Shown here in pieces: positions 47,188 to 57,497 of a stretch of 64,000 nt of DNA. The notes beneath the pieces are model-generated. The model had not been told where the DNA came from. It searched no databases and was given only the letters and a program-made list of their open reading frames with translations. This stretch comes from an uncultured Opitutia bacterium. GTDB lineage: Bacteria > Verrucomicrobiota > Verrucomicrobiia > Opitutales > UBA953. Position 1 is the first letter of the stretch, and every line of letters begins with the position of its first letter. Position numbers and translations under genes: made by a program. The stretch spans positions 78,875 to 142,874 of the forward strand of contig CAIOAN010000013.1 in assembly GCA_903855995.1 (NCBI GenBank). Direction: 5' to 3'.

Positions 47188-48698
47188 TGAGGGATAGAAC
47201 CCCCATCCGCGCGTACGAGAACGAGTCGCTAGACATCGTCACCAGAGATCCCGACAGGGAAAAAAAACAGATAACCCAAGACGAAGCAGAAGCGATTGAA
47301 GCTCTCGTTGAAGTCGAGGAACTTGACATCAACGAGAGTAAGTGGGCACGCCGTACGAGAGGTAATAAGCTAAAACTTGGCCAATACGTAGGCCTAATCA
47401 CCGTTGGTGACCTGTCCGTCGAGATACGAGCCAAAGTAGAAAAAGAGTCGGAGAACGGCCCCAAGACCGACCTGAATAGCCTCATCAGCTTGTTCCTTGC
47501 AGACTCAGACAAAACCGTGTTCAGCGCAAAATCCTATGAACACAAAGGCGACCAGGAGCCGGAAATATTTAAGTATCTTGTCAGGAATTTTTTCGAAAGA
47601 GTAAACGTTAGCTTAAATTTCGGACTACGAAGCGAATACCACACCCAAGAAGAAGTCCGGAACAACTTCAAAGGACGAATCAATTTTCCTAAATATGCAC
47701 TAACAGTCGGAAGAGAGCCCACCCAACTGCCATGCATTTTTGACGAATTCTCACAAGACACGCTACACAACCAAATCATCAAACAAGCAGTACTTACCCT
47801 AAGCAGGCAAAAGATCATCATGCGGTCTAATCGCAAACTATGGACTTCTGCCGCAGGAATACTCGACCAGCTAGATCATGTCTCCGACACTAACTTCAGT
47901 TACGCTGACATTTCAGGGGAAGAAGCGGATAGCCTAGGACAAAATCACTCAGTTATCCTGGATTTCGCCAAAAGGGTTATAGCGGGAAACTCCCCGTTCA
48001 TCCGCAGTAAAGATATAGGAAGAAAGATGGGGTTCACCATGGTATGGGAGATGTCTGCAATCTACGAAAAGGCCATTGGCACTAAGCTGAGGGAATACGT
48101 GAAAACAAAAATTCATCCGGACTGCGAGGTAGTCCTTCAGGGAAAACTGGGAAAAGACAAAGAACGACTAGCTCCTGGGCACACTAGCTGGAACTCATAC
48201 CTAACACACTCCACGCAGGAACAAAACTTCGCGAAGGAAGACACACCGCAACCCGGCGTATTCCGTCTAAAGCCGGACATCATGATCCTTTCTCCCAAGA
48301 ATGAAGTATTGGCAGTTCTTGATACGAAATGGAAAAACTATTCAGGGTCTGAAACCATAAGGGCTCGTAGACGCCTAAAGCGACGCAAGGCTGATCATGA
48401 AGAAATTACTTACAAGAATGTCTCAAAAGAAGACGCCTATCAGATGCTATCCTACGCATGCGCTAAGAAATCTGGAAAAGGTAGCCCAGAGCCCTTGGTC
48501 GGGCTACTGTTCCCTTCGCTCAGCTCAACAACGCCTGAAGAGTTGTATTTCACTAATCTCAATTCCAGGCTACAACTATGCTGGGTACCGGTGACAAGAG
48601 ACGGATTAGCCAATTTCGATCTTGAAAGTATCCTAGGTGCTAAAGCCATAAAAGAGCTTCGTTCCAGAGCTGGGATAAAGGCACAGCAAGCACCCTAA
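47187..48698 (+). CDS. mcrC: McrC-like PD-(D/E)XK nuclease subunit
   Basis: 503 aa. ATGA overlap with mcrB. Nuclease motif KPDIMIL...AVLDTKWK. Confidence 0.75.
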   Translation: MRDRTPIRAYENESLDIVTRDPDREKKQITQDEAEAIEALVEVEELDINESKWARRTRGNKLKLGQYVGLITVGDLSVEIRAKVEKESENGPKTDLNSLISLFLADSDKTVFSAKSYEHKGDQEPEIFKYLVRNFFERVNVSLNFGLRSEYHTQEEVRNNFKGRINFPKYALTVGREPTQLPCIFDEFSQDTLHNQIIKQAVLTLSRQKIIMRSNRKLWTSAAGILDQLDHVSDTNFSYADISGEEADSLGQNHSVILDFAKRVIAGNSPFIRSKDIGRKMGFTMVWEMSAIYEKAIGTKLREYVKTKIHPDCEVVLQGKLGKDKERLAPGHTSWNSYLTHSTQEQNFAKEDTPQPGVFRLKPDIMILSPKNEVLAVLDTKWKNYSGSETIRARRRLKRRKADHEEITYKNVSKEDAYQMLSYACAKKSGKGSPEPLVGLLFPSLSSTTPEELYFTNLNSRLQLCWVPVTRDGLANFDLESILGAKAIKELRSRAGIKAQQAP

Positions 48699-48832
48699 CC
48701 AAACATCAGGGGCATGGCTAGTTGGGCTTGAATCTATCAAATAGACCCAGTATGGATAATATTTGAGTCATTTAGGATGGTGGGGATTGCAGACGGTTAC
48801 TTGTCCGGTAGACCAGAGGCACCCCATTCACA

Positions 48833-51787
48833 ATGTCCGCCAAGCCTCCCTTCCCTTCACGAGTCTTTTGCGGCTGGAGCGGTCCTATCGCTGACGAGGC
48901 GTCGGCCAAGCTGGTCGAGTTGCTGGCCTCCCAAGGGCAATGGCGCAAGGGCCAGGTGATCGACCTCGAGAAGCACCTGCTTCTCGTACCCACGAAACTG
49001 GCGGCTCGTCTCCTGGGTGAGTCACTGGCCAAGCTGGCGATGGCCCAGGCTGAGAGCGGCCTAATGCTTCCGCGCATCGAGACGCCCGAGCAGTTCCTGA
49101 ACTGGGGCGACTCCCAGCTGGAGGTAGCCGGCGGCTCGGACGAGCTGTTGGCCTGGATCAAGGTGCTGACCGGAACCAGCCGTCGCACCCTGAAGGCGCT
49201 TTTCCCGGCAGCCTCCGACGACATGCCCATGGACGGCAACTTCACCTTCGAAGAAGCCAAGAAGTTCGGAGAACAGCTTAACGAGCTCCGCAACCAATTG
49301 GGGGCAGCGGGCCATTCATTCGGAACGGTCAAGAGCGACCGCGAACCGGCTCGCTGGACGCAACTCGCAGCACTTGAGCAGCAATACATCAACAACCTGG
49401 AAGCGCTTGGGCTTACCGACCACAACCAACTGCGCGCCAATCTGGCTAAGGGTGAAGAAGGAGGCCCAGAATGCATCGAACATATCTGGGTCATCGGCAT
49501 CCCTGACCCTGACCTCCTATTGGTTCAGGCCCTCGACAATCTGAAGGAGACCATCGGAGTCACCTACATGATCGGGGCGGATGAATCCGTCTCCGATGGC
49601 TTCGACGACCAAGGGCGGCCGATTCCGGCCTTCTGGAAGAACCGTGAGGTCGATTGGCCTGAGTTCCAGTCCTGCGTACACCTGGCCTCCGACCCTAATG
49701 ACAGCTTCCTCAAGCTCCGACGGCTGATCGGCGGTAAGGTTCCGCAGTCGGGCGTTCTCGCGATCTGCGCCTGCGATCGGCAAAAGGACTCCCCCAAGGT
49801 GGAGAATCTGGTCAAAGATATGGGGGGGAGCGCGATCAACCCTCTAGGGCGAGCCCATGGTGAACACCCCCTTCATCACGCTCTACGTGCCTGGGCGGAT
49901 TGCCTCAAAGGCGGCGACCTAGACTTCCAGGCCCTTCGCCATGCGACCACGATCCCGATGGTCCACAACTTCATCACCGGCGGCGACAAGCCAGAGCACT
50001 TTACCGAAAGTAACAGACTCCTCGACATGCTGGACCAGGATATCCTACGCTTGCCCGCCAGCGAGTTGATCAGGTGGCTCCCTACTCGACCGGAAACAGG
50101 TGATGACCGCGCTAATAAACATATCAAGAAGAGCAACCAGGTCGTACCGTACCTGAAGAAGGCCCTAGAAAAGCGTCAGGCCCATCTCGCCCTCGGATGG
50201 CGAGAGGCCCTAGGAACTACCCTCGAAGACCTCATCGGCAAGGAAGGCATCGACTGGAAGGACGAGGCATCCGCCTTCATGGGAGATGTCGCTGAGCACC
50301 TCGAGAACACCGCACAAGAACTCGAAGCGGCCCTCTCTGGCCAAGGCCTGGAACTCGGGTCGGCAGAAGCCATTAAACTTACCCTTGAGACGGCGGGCGA
50401 GAAGCGCCACCGCCCCAAGCGTGACACTAAGTCGGTCAATATCCCTGGCTGGATCGAATCGACTTGGGAACCCGTACCTCACCTAATCCTGCTCGGACTC
50501 AACGATCACCTCATCCCGAAGACACCTCACGCTCACCCATTCCTCCCAGGTAAGCTCAGGGAGGCACTGGGATTACCCAGCAGCGACACCATCTTCGCGA
50601 CAGCCTGCTATAACCTCGAGCAGCTTTGGCGCCGACGAGTCGGCAAAGGTCGGCTCGACATCATCGTCCTGCAGAAGGACCAGAACTCTGAGCCGCTACG
50701 GCCTTCTCGCATCCTGTTCACGGGTAGCAGCCAGTCCCTCACCGCTAAGGTGACCAAGCTATTTGACGACGCCCCTGAGTCGGAAGCCAAGCCGTACTGG
50801 GAGATCCCCAATGAGCATAAGCTCATCCCCAAGGCCGACCCGGCGACCGTCGAACGAATCAAGTCGAAGATGAATGCCACGTCTTTCTCAGCCTACCTGG
50901 AAGACCCAGCGAATTTCTGGCTCTCCAAGGTCGTCGGTCTCTCCGAGGAGGAACACGACGGCGGCGAAATGAGTTCCGCTGGTTTCGGCAACATGATTCA
51001 CGCGGTCATGGAAGCCTTTGCACGACCACATCTTGGCAAAGAACGCAAAGGAGAACCCGTTGACGCTCTCACCGAAGAACTTCTTGGTGATTTCGCGCGA
51101 CTCATCGATGGACACGTCACCGAGAAGTTCGGTGGCCATCCAGAAGAATCAGTCCTTTTACAAAAAGCCACCGCACTAGCGCGCCTGGGGGCGTTCGCCC
51201 CGATACAGGCTGGACTCTGGGCCGAAGGCTGGGTGATCAACTCCGTGGAAGCTAGTCTGCTCGATACGAAAGTAGGCGAAATGAACATCGGCGGGCGGTA
51301 CGATCGCCTAGACTACCGCATAGTAGGCGAAAAGAAAGAATGGCGCGTCTATGATTACAAAACCTCCCGCGAGGCGAAGACCATCACGAATGCCCACTAC
51401 GGGAAGCCACCCGACGGTGCGCAGGATTTTCTCTTCAAACCGCCAGGCAGCGAATCCGAGCTCCAAGCACGCTGGCGGAATATGCAGATGCCCGTCTATT
51501 ACGAGTGCCTGAAGCGTGAGCTAAATCTAGACGAGAATTCCAGCCTTACTCCCTGCTACATTTCGCTACCTGAAGATCTTACCAAGACCCAGATTAGCGA
51601 TTGGAATGACTACCCTGCCTTCCATCCGGAAGCCTTGAAAGTGCTAAAGGAAATCATCCACCGAATCCGTGAGGCCAAGGCCACTGACATGGCGCCATCA
51701 AGAGACGGTGCTAAATATTCGGCCATTCCCTCCATGGCAAAACGCTCCATGGATACCTATCTCCACACCGACCTCCTCGGAAACTAA
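48833..51787 (+). CDS. AddB/RexB-like PD-(D/E)XK nuclease subunit (no Walker A seen)
   Basis: 984 aa. C-terminal nuclease motif GRYDRLDY ... WRVYDYKTS. Directly precedes the AddA-like gene, matching the addB-addA order. Confidence 0.65.
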   Translation: MSAKPPFPSRVFCGWSGPIADEASAKLVELLASQGQWRKGQVIDLEKHLLLVPTKLAARLLGESLAKLAMAQAESGLMLPRIETPEQFLNWGDSQLEVAGGSDELLAWIKVLTGTSRRTLKALFPAASDDMPMDGNFTFEEAKKFGEQLNELRNQLGAAGHSFGTVKSDREPARWTQLAALEQQYINNLEALGLTDHNQLRANLAKGEEGGPECIEHIWVIGIPDPDLLLVQALDNLKETIGVTYMIGADESVSDGFDDQGRPIPAFWKNREVDWPEFQSCVHLASDPNDSFLKLRRLIGGKVPQSGVLAICACDRQKDSPKVENLVKDMGGSAINPLGRAHGEHPLHHALRAWADCLKGGDLDFQALRHATTIPMVHNFITGGDKPEHFTESNRLLDMLDQDILRLPASELIRWLPTRPETGDDRANKHIKKSNQVVPYLKKALEKRQAHLALGWREALGTTLEDLIGKEGIDWKDEASAFMGDVAEHLENTAQELEAALSGQGLELGSAEAIKLTLETAGEKRHRPKRDTKSVNIPGWIESTWEPVPHLILLGLNDHLIPKTPHAHPFLPGKLREALGLPSSDTIFATACYNLEQLWRRRVGKGRLDIIVLQKDQNSEPLRPSRILFTGSSQSLTAKVTKLFDDAPESEAKPYWEIPNEHKLIPKADPATVERIKSKMNATSFSAYLEDPANFWLSKVVGLSEEEHDGGEMSSAGFGNMIHAVMEAFARPHLGKERKGEPVDALTEELLGDFARLIDGHVTEKFGGHPEESVLLQKATALARLGAFAPIQAGLWAEGWVINSVEASLLDTKVGEMNIGGRYDRLDYRIVGEKKEWRVYDYKTSREAKTITNAHYGKPPDGAQDFLFKPPGSESELQARWRNMQMPVYYECLKRELNLDENSSLTPCYISLPEDLTKTQISDWNDYPAFHPEALKVLKEIIHRIREAKATDMAPSRDGAKYSAIPSMAKRSMDTYLHTDLLGN

Positions 51788-51791
51788 GCCC

Positions 51792-54700
51792 ATGAGCACT
51801 CCCCTCTCCCATCGATTCGGCTCCGAGGTCGTCCGTGCGTGCGCCGGTGCGGGCAAGACCACACGGCTTTCCAAACGGATCATCAAACTCCTAGTCAACG
51901 ACGTCCCTCCTGAGGAGATCATCGCCCTGACCTTCACCCGGGCAGCCGCCGGTGAATTCGTAGCCCGCCTACTCAAGATGCTAGCAGGTGGGGCAAGCAG
52001 CCCCGAAGGAGCCGCCAAGCTCGCCAAGGAACTAGAACTCCCCCCCAAGCGGGCGAACGGCGAACCATGGGGTCAGACATTCTTTCAGGAAAAACTAAAA
52101 CTGACCCTGATGTCCGTCAACCGGATGACCCTAGGCACACTGGACAGTTTCTTTGCAAAAATCGTGAACAACAACCCAACCGAACTCGGTCTGGATGTAG
52201 GACAGGTCAAGACCTCTAGCGAACTAGACGGACCGGCCATCCGCGCCCAAATCACTAAGTTCGCGATGGAACAAGTATATCAGCGCGACCGTCAGGCGAT
52301 CAAAGACCGACTCTCTGAACTCAAACTTGGCAAGGAATCCGCAACCCCGCTGGAGAACTTCAAGGCATTAGTCGAAGAGCTCCACGAGACCTTCCTACTG
52401 GCCAATTCCCCAGAAATCTGGGGCATGCGCCAAAGCATCTGGCCACAGGGTTCGCTCCTTTTCGATAAACCGACGGAAGAGAAAAGCCGAGAAGCCTTCG
52501 CACACATGAAAGCCTGGATAGCGGCATTGAAGCACGAAAGAAAGTTCTCCATCACTCTTTTTAGAAATCACATCAAAGGACTCGAAGAAGCCGGGGAGCG
52601 GGGAGTAGTTAGCAAGACGATAGCCGATAACTACTTTAAATACTATACCGGGCTTGCGAACGCCAAATCAGGTGCCGGCTCAAGTTACACCCACACCCAT
52701 CACGAATCTGGCGACCACACCCAGGAAGTAGACGGCGATACGTGTGCGGCCTACAAGGTATGCATTCGGCATGCTTTATCAGTGTATTTTGAAGGAAAGT
52801 CTAACCAGACACAGTCCGCCTATTCGCTACTCCACACTTATGACCTCTTTTACCGCGATGAACTGCGCAAGTCGGGGCAGCTCGGCTTTAGCGATTACAT
52901 CAACCTACTGCTTAGCCTGCCACCTGACCGTAAACTCGATCTCGAGTACCGCCTTGACTGCAAGTTCCGGCATTGGCTCTTCGACGAGTTCCAGGACACC
53001 AGTAGCCGACAGTGGAAAGTCCTGAATAACTATCTCACCGAAGGCACAAAGCATAAGGATGAATGGTCCACGACTTACTTCGTAGGCGACCCTAAGCAAA
53101 GTATCTTCAGTTGGCGCGGAGGAAACCCAAAACTTCTCGGTCAACGTGAGGCGAAAACACGGGATGAATATGGTGACGATGCCATCATTCCTCTTAAAAA
53201 GACCTTTCGATGTGCCGTGCCGATTGTCGACATGGTCAACGAGCTCTTAGGCCAACCGACCCAGCTCGACAGCATCTTACCTGCGACATCCAAGATCACT
53301 TGGATGAGCAACTTCGAACCACATGAAAGCGCCGTCCAGACGGAGAAAGAGAAAGGTGAAGCCTTTTGGGTCCGCTTAGCGGAGTCGGAGGACAGCTCCT
53401 TGACGCTGGAAGCGCAGTCAAAGTGGATCGTCGAAAACCTCAAAAGCTCCGGCCTCACCGAAGGGCGTTACCTGCGTCCTGGATTTACCTGTGCCATCCT
53501 TGTTTCCCAAAACGGGCAGGCCGCGAAAATCGCTGACATCATCCGTGCAAACGGCCTGGAAGCCGCTGACGAGGCTGACACGCCTATCGCCATGGACAAC
53601 CCCTTCACCGCTGGCTTCGTGGGCATCCTGCGTAACTGTGCCCACCCCGACGACAGTCTATCCAAAGGCTTGGCGAATATGTCTCCCACCGCTAATGCAT
53701 ATGTGGAGAAGGCTGGGGGCTGGGAGGCATGTCGAACCAAGGTCGCCGAACTGTTTTATGCCAAAGGGGCGGCTGAAACACTTCGAGAGCTGACCAAGGA
53801 CGTCTCCCTAAGCGAAGGAGATAAAGCGCCCGAATCGGCAGCTAACTCATGGAAATTCCTGCGCATGAGGCTGCGACAACTCCTGACCCTCGGCGCCCAA
53901 TACGATGAACAAGGCGAACGAGATCTCAGGGGGGCCGCAGACTACATCGCGAATAGCTCCTTGCGCGATAGTGCGGACCCAACCGCGATCCAGGTGCTGA
54001 CAACCCATCGATCTAAAGGCCTGCAATACACGGCTGTCTACCTTCCCTGCCTAAACAGCGGGTATCACTACTTCGGACGGGAAGAGAATCAAGCCCCGCT
54101 GATTCTCGATGACCCCGAGACCTTTGAGCCTAAGTGGATCCTACACCGCCCAGCTAAGCATATACGTCAACTTGACGACGAGTTCCTCAAGGCACAGCGC
54201 ATCGAACAGTCGGACGAAGCCTACGAAGCACTCTGCAAGCTATACGTCGGGATGACCCGCGCGGAGCGACGCCTAGTGCTGATTACGGAAACTCCCGGTG
54301 AAAATAACAGCCCAACGAAAGAGGATCAGTACGACTATGCCAAAATGATCGAGAAGATACTCGGCTCCAAGACAACTCAGCCTATCCCTGAAAACACTAT
54401 CGTCAGGCATTATGGAGATTCATCTTGGATCTCACTCCTCGAAACATCGGTGCGCACAACTAGCGCAGCTGAAGAGAACGACGGCCCGAAGGTTGAATTC
54501 ACTCCAGTCGAATCGCCCTTGAAGTTCCTACCTTCTGACAAGGAACCCACCACTTCTGATAAGGAACCCACCAAGCGGTACCCCTTCCGATCCCGAACCA
54601 AGGTAGACCTTACGAAACCTAAGGGGAAGGACATCGGAAACGTCATCCACGCCCTCATGGAGCCCCTGGAATGGGACGTCCAAGGCTTCCTCCTAGACCT

Positions 54701-55091
54701 CCAGGCAAAGGCGCCTGGGAAGGCAACTGAGGCCCTGCATCAACAAGCCAAGGCCATCATCGAGGGCTGCCTGAAGTCCAAGTCGGTCGCCGCAGCCCTT
54801 TCAGCCAAGCCGGAAGGCGGCACCCTGCTCAAAGAGCGTAAGTTCTCCCTGATGATCGAGTCAGGACAGGTCCTGACCGGTAACGCTGACCGCATCCACC
54901 TCGTTCCTGGCAAGTCCGCCGTCATCTTCGATTACAAGTCGGACACTTGCGGCCTCGAGGAGCTCAAGGCCAAACATGCCCGCCAGATGAGCATGTACCG
55001 TACCGCCACCTCTCGCATCTGGGGAATACCCGAAGACAAGATTCAGTGCTTCCTGATTCACGTGCGCAAGGGGGAGCTGGTGGAGTGCTGA
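51792..55091 (+). CDS. AddA/RecB-like UvrD-family helicase with C-terminal PD-(D/E)XK nuclease
   Basis: Start at ATG 51792 (MSTPLSHRFG), 4 nt after the AddB-like stop. Motifs ACAGAGKTTRL, LFDEFQDTS, TTHRSKGLQY, YVGMTRAERRL, nuclease NADRIHL...AVIFDYKSD. Confidence 0.8.
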   Translation: MSTPLSHRFGSEVVRACAGAGKTTRLSKRIIKLLVNDVPPEEIIALTFTRAAAGEFVARLLKMLAGGASSPEGAAKLAKELELPPKRANGEPWGQTFFQEKLKLTLMSVNRMTLGTLDSFFAKIVNNNPTELGLDVGQVKTSSELDGPAIRAQITKFAMEQVYQRDRQAIKDRLSELKLGKESATPLENFKALVEELHETFLLANSPEIWGMRQSIWPQGSLLFDKPTEEKSREAFAHMKAWIAALKHERKFSITLFRNHIKGLEEAGERGVVSKTIADNYFKYYTGLANAKSGAGSSYTHTHHESGDHTQEVDGDTCAAYKVCIRHALSVYFEGKSNQTQSAYSLLHTYDLFYRDELRKSGQLGFSDYINLLLSLPPDRKLDLEYRLDCKFRHWLFDEFQDTSSRQWKVLNNYLTEGTKHKDEWSTTYFVGDPKQSIFSWRGGNPKLLGQREAKTRDEYGDDAIIPLKKTFRCAVPIVDMVNELLGQPTQLDSILPATSKITWMSNFEPHESAVQTEKEKGEAFWVRLAESEDSSLTLEAQSKWIVENLKSSGLTEGRYLRPGFTCAILVSQNGQAAKIADIIRANGLEAADEADTPIAMDNPFTAGFVGILRNCAHPDDSLSKGLANMSPTANAYVEKAGGWEACRTKVAELFYAKGAAETLRELTKDVSLSEGDKAPESAANSWKFLRMRLRQLLTLGAQYDEQGERDLRGAADYIANSSLRDSADPTAIQVLTTHRSKGLQYTAVYLPCLNSGYHYFGREENQAPLILDDPETFEPKWILHRPAKHIRQLDDEFLKAQRIEQSDEAYEALCKLYVGMTRAERRLVLITETPGENNSPTKEDQYDYAKMIEKILGSKTTQPIPENTIVRHYGDSSWISLLETSVRTTSAAEENDGPKVEFTPVESPLKFLPSDKEPTTSDKEPTKRYPFRSRTKVDLTKPKGKDIGNVIHALMEPLEWDVQGFLLDLQAKAPGKATEALHQQAKAIIEGCLKSKSVAAALSAKPEGGTLLKERKFSLMIESGQVLTGNADRIHLVPGKSAVIFDYKSDTCGLEELKAKHARQMSMYRTATSRIWGIPEDKIQCFLIHVRKGELVEC

Positions 55092-55095
55092 TGTC

Positions 55096-56814
55096 ATGGC
55101 TAAAATTTACCCAGAGAAGTACGTCGGAAAAGATGGATCGGAAAAGCGGTTCTTCGAAAAGCTGCGCGGGCTTAACTCCACCCAATGGACTTTCTTTCAC
55201 TCGGTTGATATTGCCAGACATTCGGAGAAAAGGTCCGGTGAGATTGATTTCATCGCCGTATCAAGAACCGCCCTGTTCACCCTTGAGGTAAAGGGAGGAC
55301 GAATCAGCAGGACTGCTGGCGCATGGTACGCAAACGGCCAGGAGATGGAGGAGAGCCCGGTCAAGCAAGCCATCCAGAACTACCATGCATTTGATAAGTA
55401 CCTCAAGAGGTCGAAACTGCCCCGGCTACCCGGAGGCCACTGCTGCGTCTGGCCGGATGTCGCTTTTGAAACGACCACAGGAGAGTGGGAGAAAACGTGC
55501 ATCATCGATAAAGGAGGTAGCGAAATGCTCTTCGATTCCCTGCAAAAGGCAGAGAATCACTTTCGGGATGAGGCAACACGGCTTAGAAGATCAACTCCTA
55601 CCCTTTCCGAGGAAGAATATAGCCGGCTTTGTGGCGCAATCCTACCCGACATCGTACAGCATGTATCAACGAGCCAGGCCCTAGCACGAGATAAGGTGGA
55701 GCTCTTACACCTTAGCCAATCCCAGCTTGGTGTGCTCGATAGAATTGAAGGCAATCCGCGAATGGTCATCTCTGGCCCCGCGGGATCTGGAAAAACCATC
55801 CTTGCGTACGAAGCCTGTAAAAGGATTTTGCGTGAGAATCCTCAATGGAAAGGAGCTTTCGTCTGCCAATCCAACTTCCTGGCGAAAGACATCGATCGAC
55901 GTTACCAGGAGGACAAACTACATGAGCGCCTACTGATTCTTACCCTAGAGTCATTAGCACCATTTTATATTATAAACGGACTCGGCATAGACATGCATGC
56001 TGCCGGAGAAAGCAAGCAACCGATTGAAGTGCGTTTCGTAGGGCACGGACACGCACCAAACCAAACAGCTGGCATCAATTCAAAAAATCTCTTGGATTTC
56101 GTAGTGATTGACGAAGGACAAGACATCAGGAAATGCCCTATATTCCTTACGATGCTCAATTCATGCATCAAAAAGGGCCTGAGCGATTGCAGGCTTATGT
56201 GGTTCCAAGATCTCGACCAAAGTATCGCCGAAAAGTTGGCTCCCAGCTCTCATAAAAAAATGTATCGCGACATCATCGACCCCGACCCGTTAGCCAATTG
56301 CTTTCATTACAAACTTGATCCAATTAATTACAGAAACCCAACCGAGATAGCCAATGTATCCGCCAAGCTGATCGGCCTAAAAACAAAGTCATCATTCAAC
56401 GGAAACATCACGACCTGCATCAAGTTAGTCAAAAGTCAGGAGCCACTCAGCGAACTCAGTAATTTAGTTAAAGAGCTAACCGGAAAAGATGTACCCGATT
56501 CAGATATTGTCGTCGTATCTGTGACCGGCGAATCGTCCAAACGAATCGAGCAAGGCCTAAGGGTATGGGGTAAACTTCTTGCGTACGATACAGAAGAATA
56601 TGACCGATTGGCTCCAAGGATACACCCCAAAGACACCATCCTGTGGTCCAGACTCATCGACATAAAAGGTCGTGAATTCCCAGTCGTAATCCTTATCGAC
56701 TTGCCCGAATTCAAAGACGCTTTTGATAAATATCTGATGTATGTGGCGATGACCCGCGCCAATAGTTTGCTAATTGCGGTTGGATCGGAATCCCAACTTA
56801 GACCACTTACTTAA
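55096..56814 (+). CDS. NERD-domain + SF1 helicase (paralog of 27145..28845)
   Basis: 572 aa. Motifs SGEIDFIAVSRTALFTLEVKGG, ISGPAGSGKT, VVIDEGQDI, IKGREFPVVILID ... YVAMTRA. Starts 4 nt after the AddA-like stop. Confidence 0.8.
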   Translation: MAKIYPEKYVGKDGSEKRFFEKLRGLNSTQWTFFHSVDIARHSEKRSGEIDFIAVSRTALFTLEVKGGRISRTAGAWYANGQEMEESPVKQAIQNYHAFDKYLKRSKLPRLPGGHCCVWPDVAFETTTGEWEKTCIIDKGGSEMLFDSLQKAENHFRDEATRLRRSTPTLSEEEYSRLCGAILPDIVQHVSTSQALARDKVELLHLSQSQLGVLDRIEGNPRMVISGPAGSGKTILAYEACKRILRENPQWKGAFVCQSNFLAKDIDRRYQEDKLHERLLILTLESLAPFYIINGLGIDMHAAGESKQPIEVRFVGHGHAPNQTAGINSKNLLDFVVIDEGQDIRKCPIFLTMLNSCIKKGLSDCRLMWFQDLDQSIAEKLAPSSHKKMYRDIIDPDPLANCFHYKLDPINYRNPTEIANVSAKLIGLKTKSSFNGNITTCIKLVKSQEPLSELSNLVKELTGKDVPDSDIVVVSVTGESSKRIEQGLRVWGKLLAYDTEEYDRLAPRIHPKDTILWSRLIDIKGREFPVVILIDLPEFKDAFDKYLMYVAMTRANSLLIAVGSESQLRPLT

Positions 56815-57497
56815 AAGTAAACGATAGCGCCCGGCGGATGCGATGTCATCGCATCCCTACCTATTGAAATTTCTGCCACCTGCCACCCGAGGCTGCCACC
56901 AGCCACCTGGAATGAATGCAATCAGTGCATGACGTAGTCCTGTCCCTGCCCTGCGTCCACCGTGCGGCGGCCTGGTTTCGCAGCGGTTCACCATGCCAGC
57001 AGATCCCCGCACGACCTAAGGTCGTGGCAGTGTCTGTTGATTTCTATTACGATTTTGCTCGACAGAATGAGAAGCTTCTGATGTACTGTCTTCCTCTGAG
57101 ATAACCAATGCCGAGCACTTGCCGTCGGGGCACCTAATCGAACCGACGGCCGCTTAAGCGACTCAGAAAGCGTGGTAAAACCACGCGGGGCCACTCTGTT
57201 CCGCCGATCCAAACCGGCATCACAGCTCCCCGGGGGCAGTCATGCCCGCATGGCTCAAGTTGACCAGTTGATCAGAGGCCCGGAGGCCCAGAACGCGAAA
57301 AACGACCTAAAACAACGAACTAAGAACTAAGAACAGCCAGAGCAACTAGGGCAGCACGCGGTGCTGCCCCTACCCTGCACGGCTAAGCCGCGAGCGGTTA
57401 GCGGTAAGCGGTTAGCGGTTGGGAACGTCGCGAGACAAAGACCCAACGAACCAAGAACTAAGAACATTTTAACAAAGAACACCTTTTCTTAACCTTT
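56815..57497. repeat. mosaic intergenic repeat block with a ~190-nt unique core (57040-57230)
   Basis: Hairpin plus CCCTACC at 56836-56861, GGTGGC-word array (inverse) at 56873-56910, a module at 56928-57003 shared with 63329-63405, 57270-57294, 57346-57375, and gcggttagcggtaagcggttagcggtt at 57394-57420. Confidence 0.85.

Noticed and set aside
51669-51791. Upstream extension of the AddA-like ORF (tracked start 51669).
   Set aside because: The extension overlaps the AddB-like coding end by ~120 nt and translates to non-helicase sequence. The ATG at 51792 lies 4 nt after the AddB-like stop and directly precedes the Walker A region.
57040-57230. Unique ~190-nt core inside the repeat block downstream of the second NERD-helicase, as a possible small RNA or riboswitch. 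Hairpins seen: ccgtcgg-N14-ccgacgg and cgtggt-aaa-accacg.
   Set aside because: There are only two short hairpins, no recognisable promoter or terminator, and no match to any motif I know. The evidence is too weak to call.
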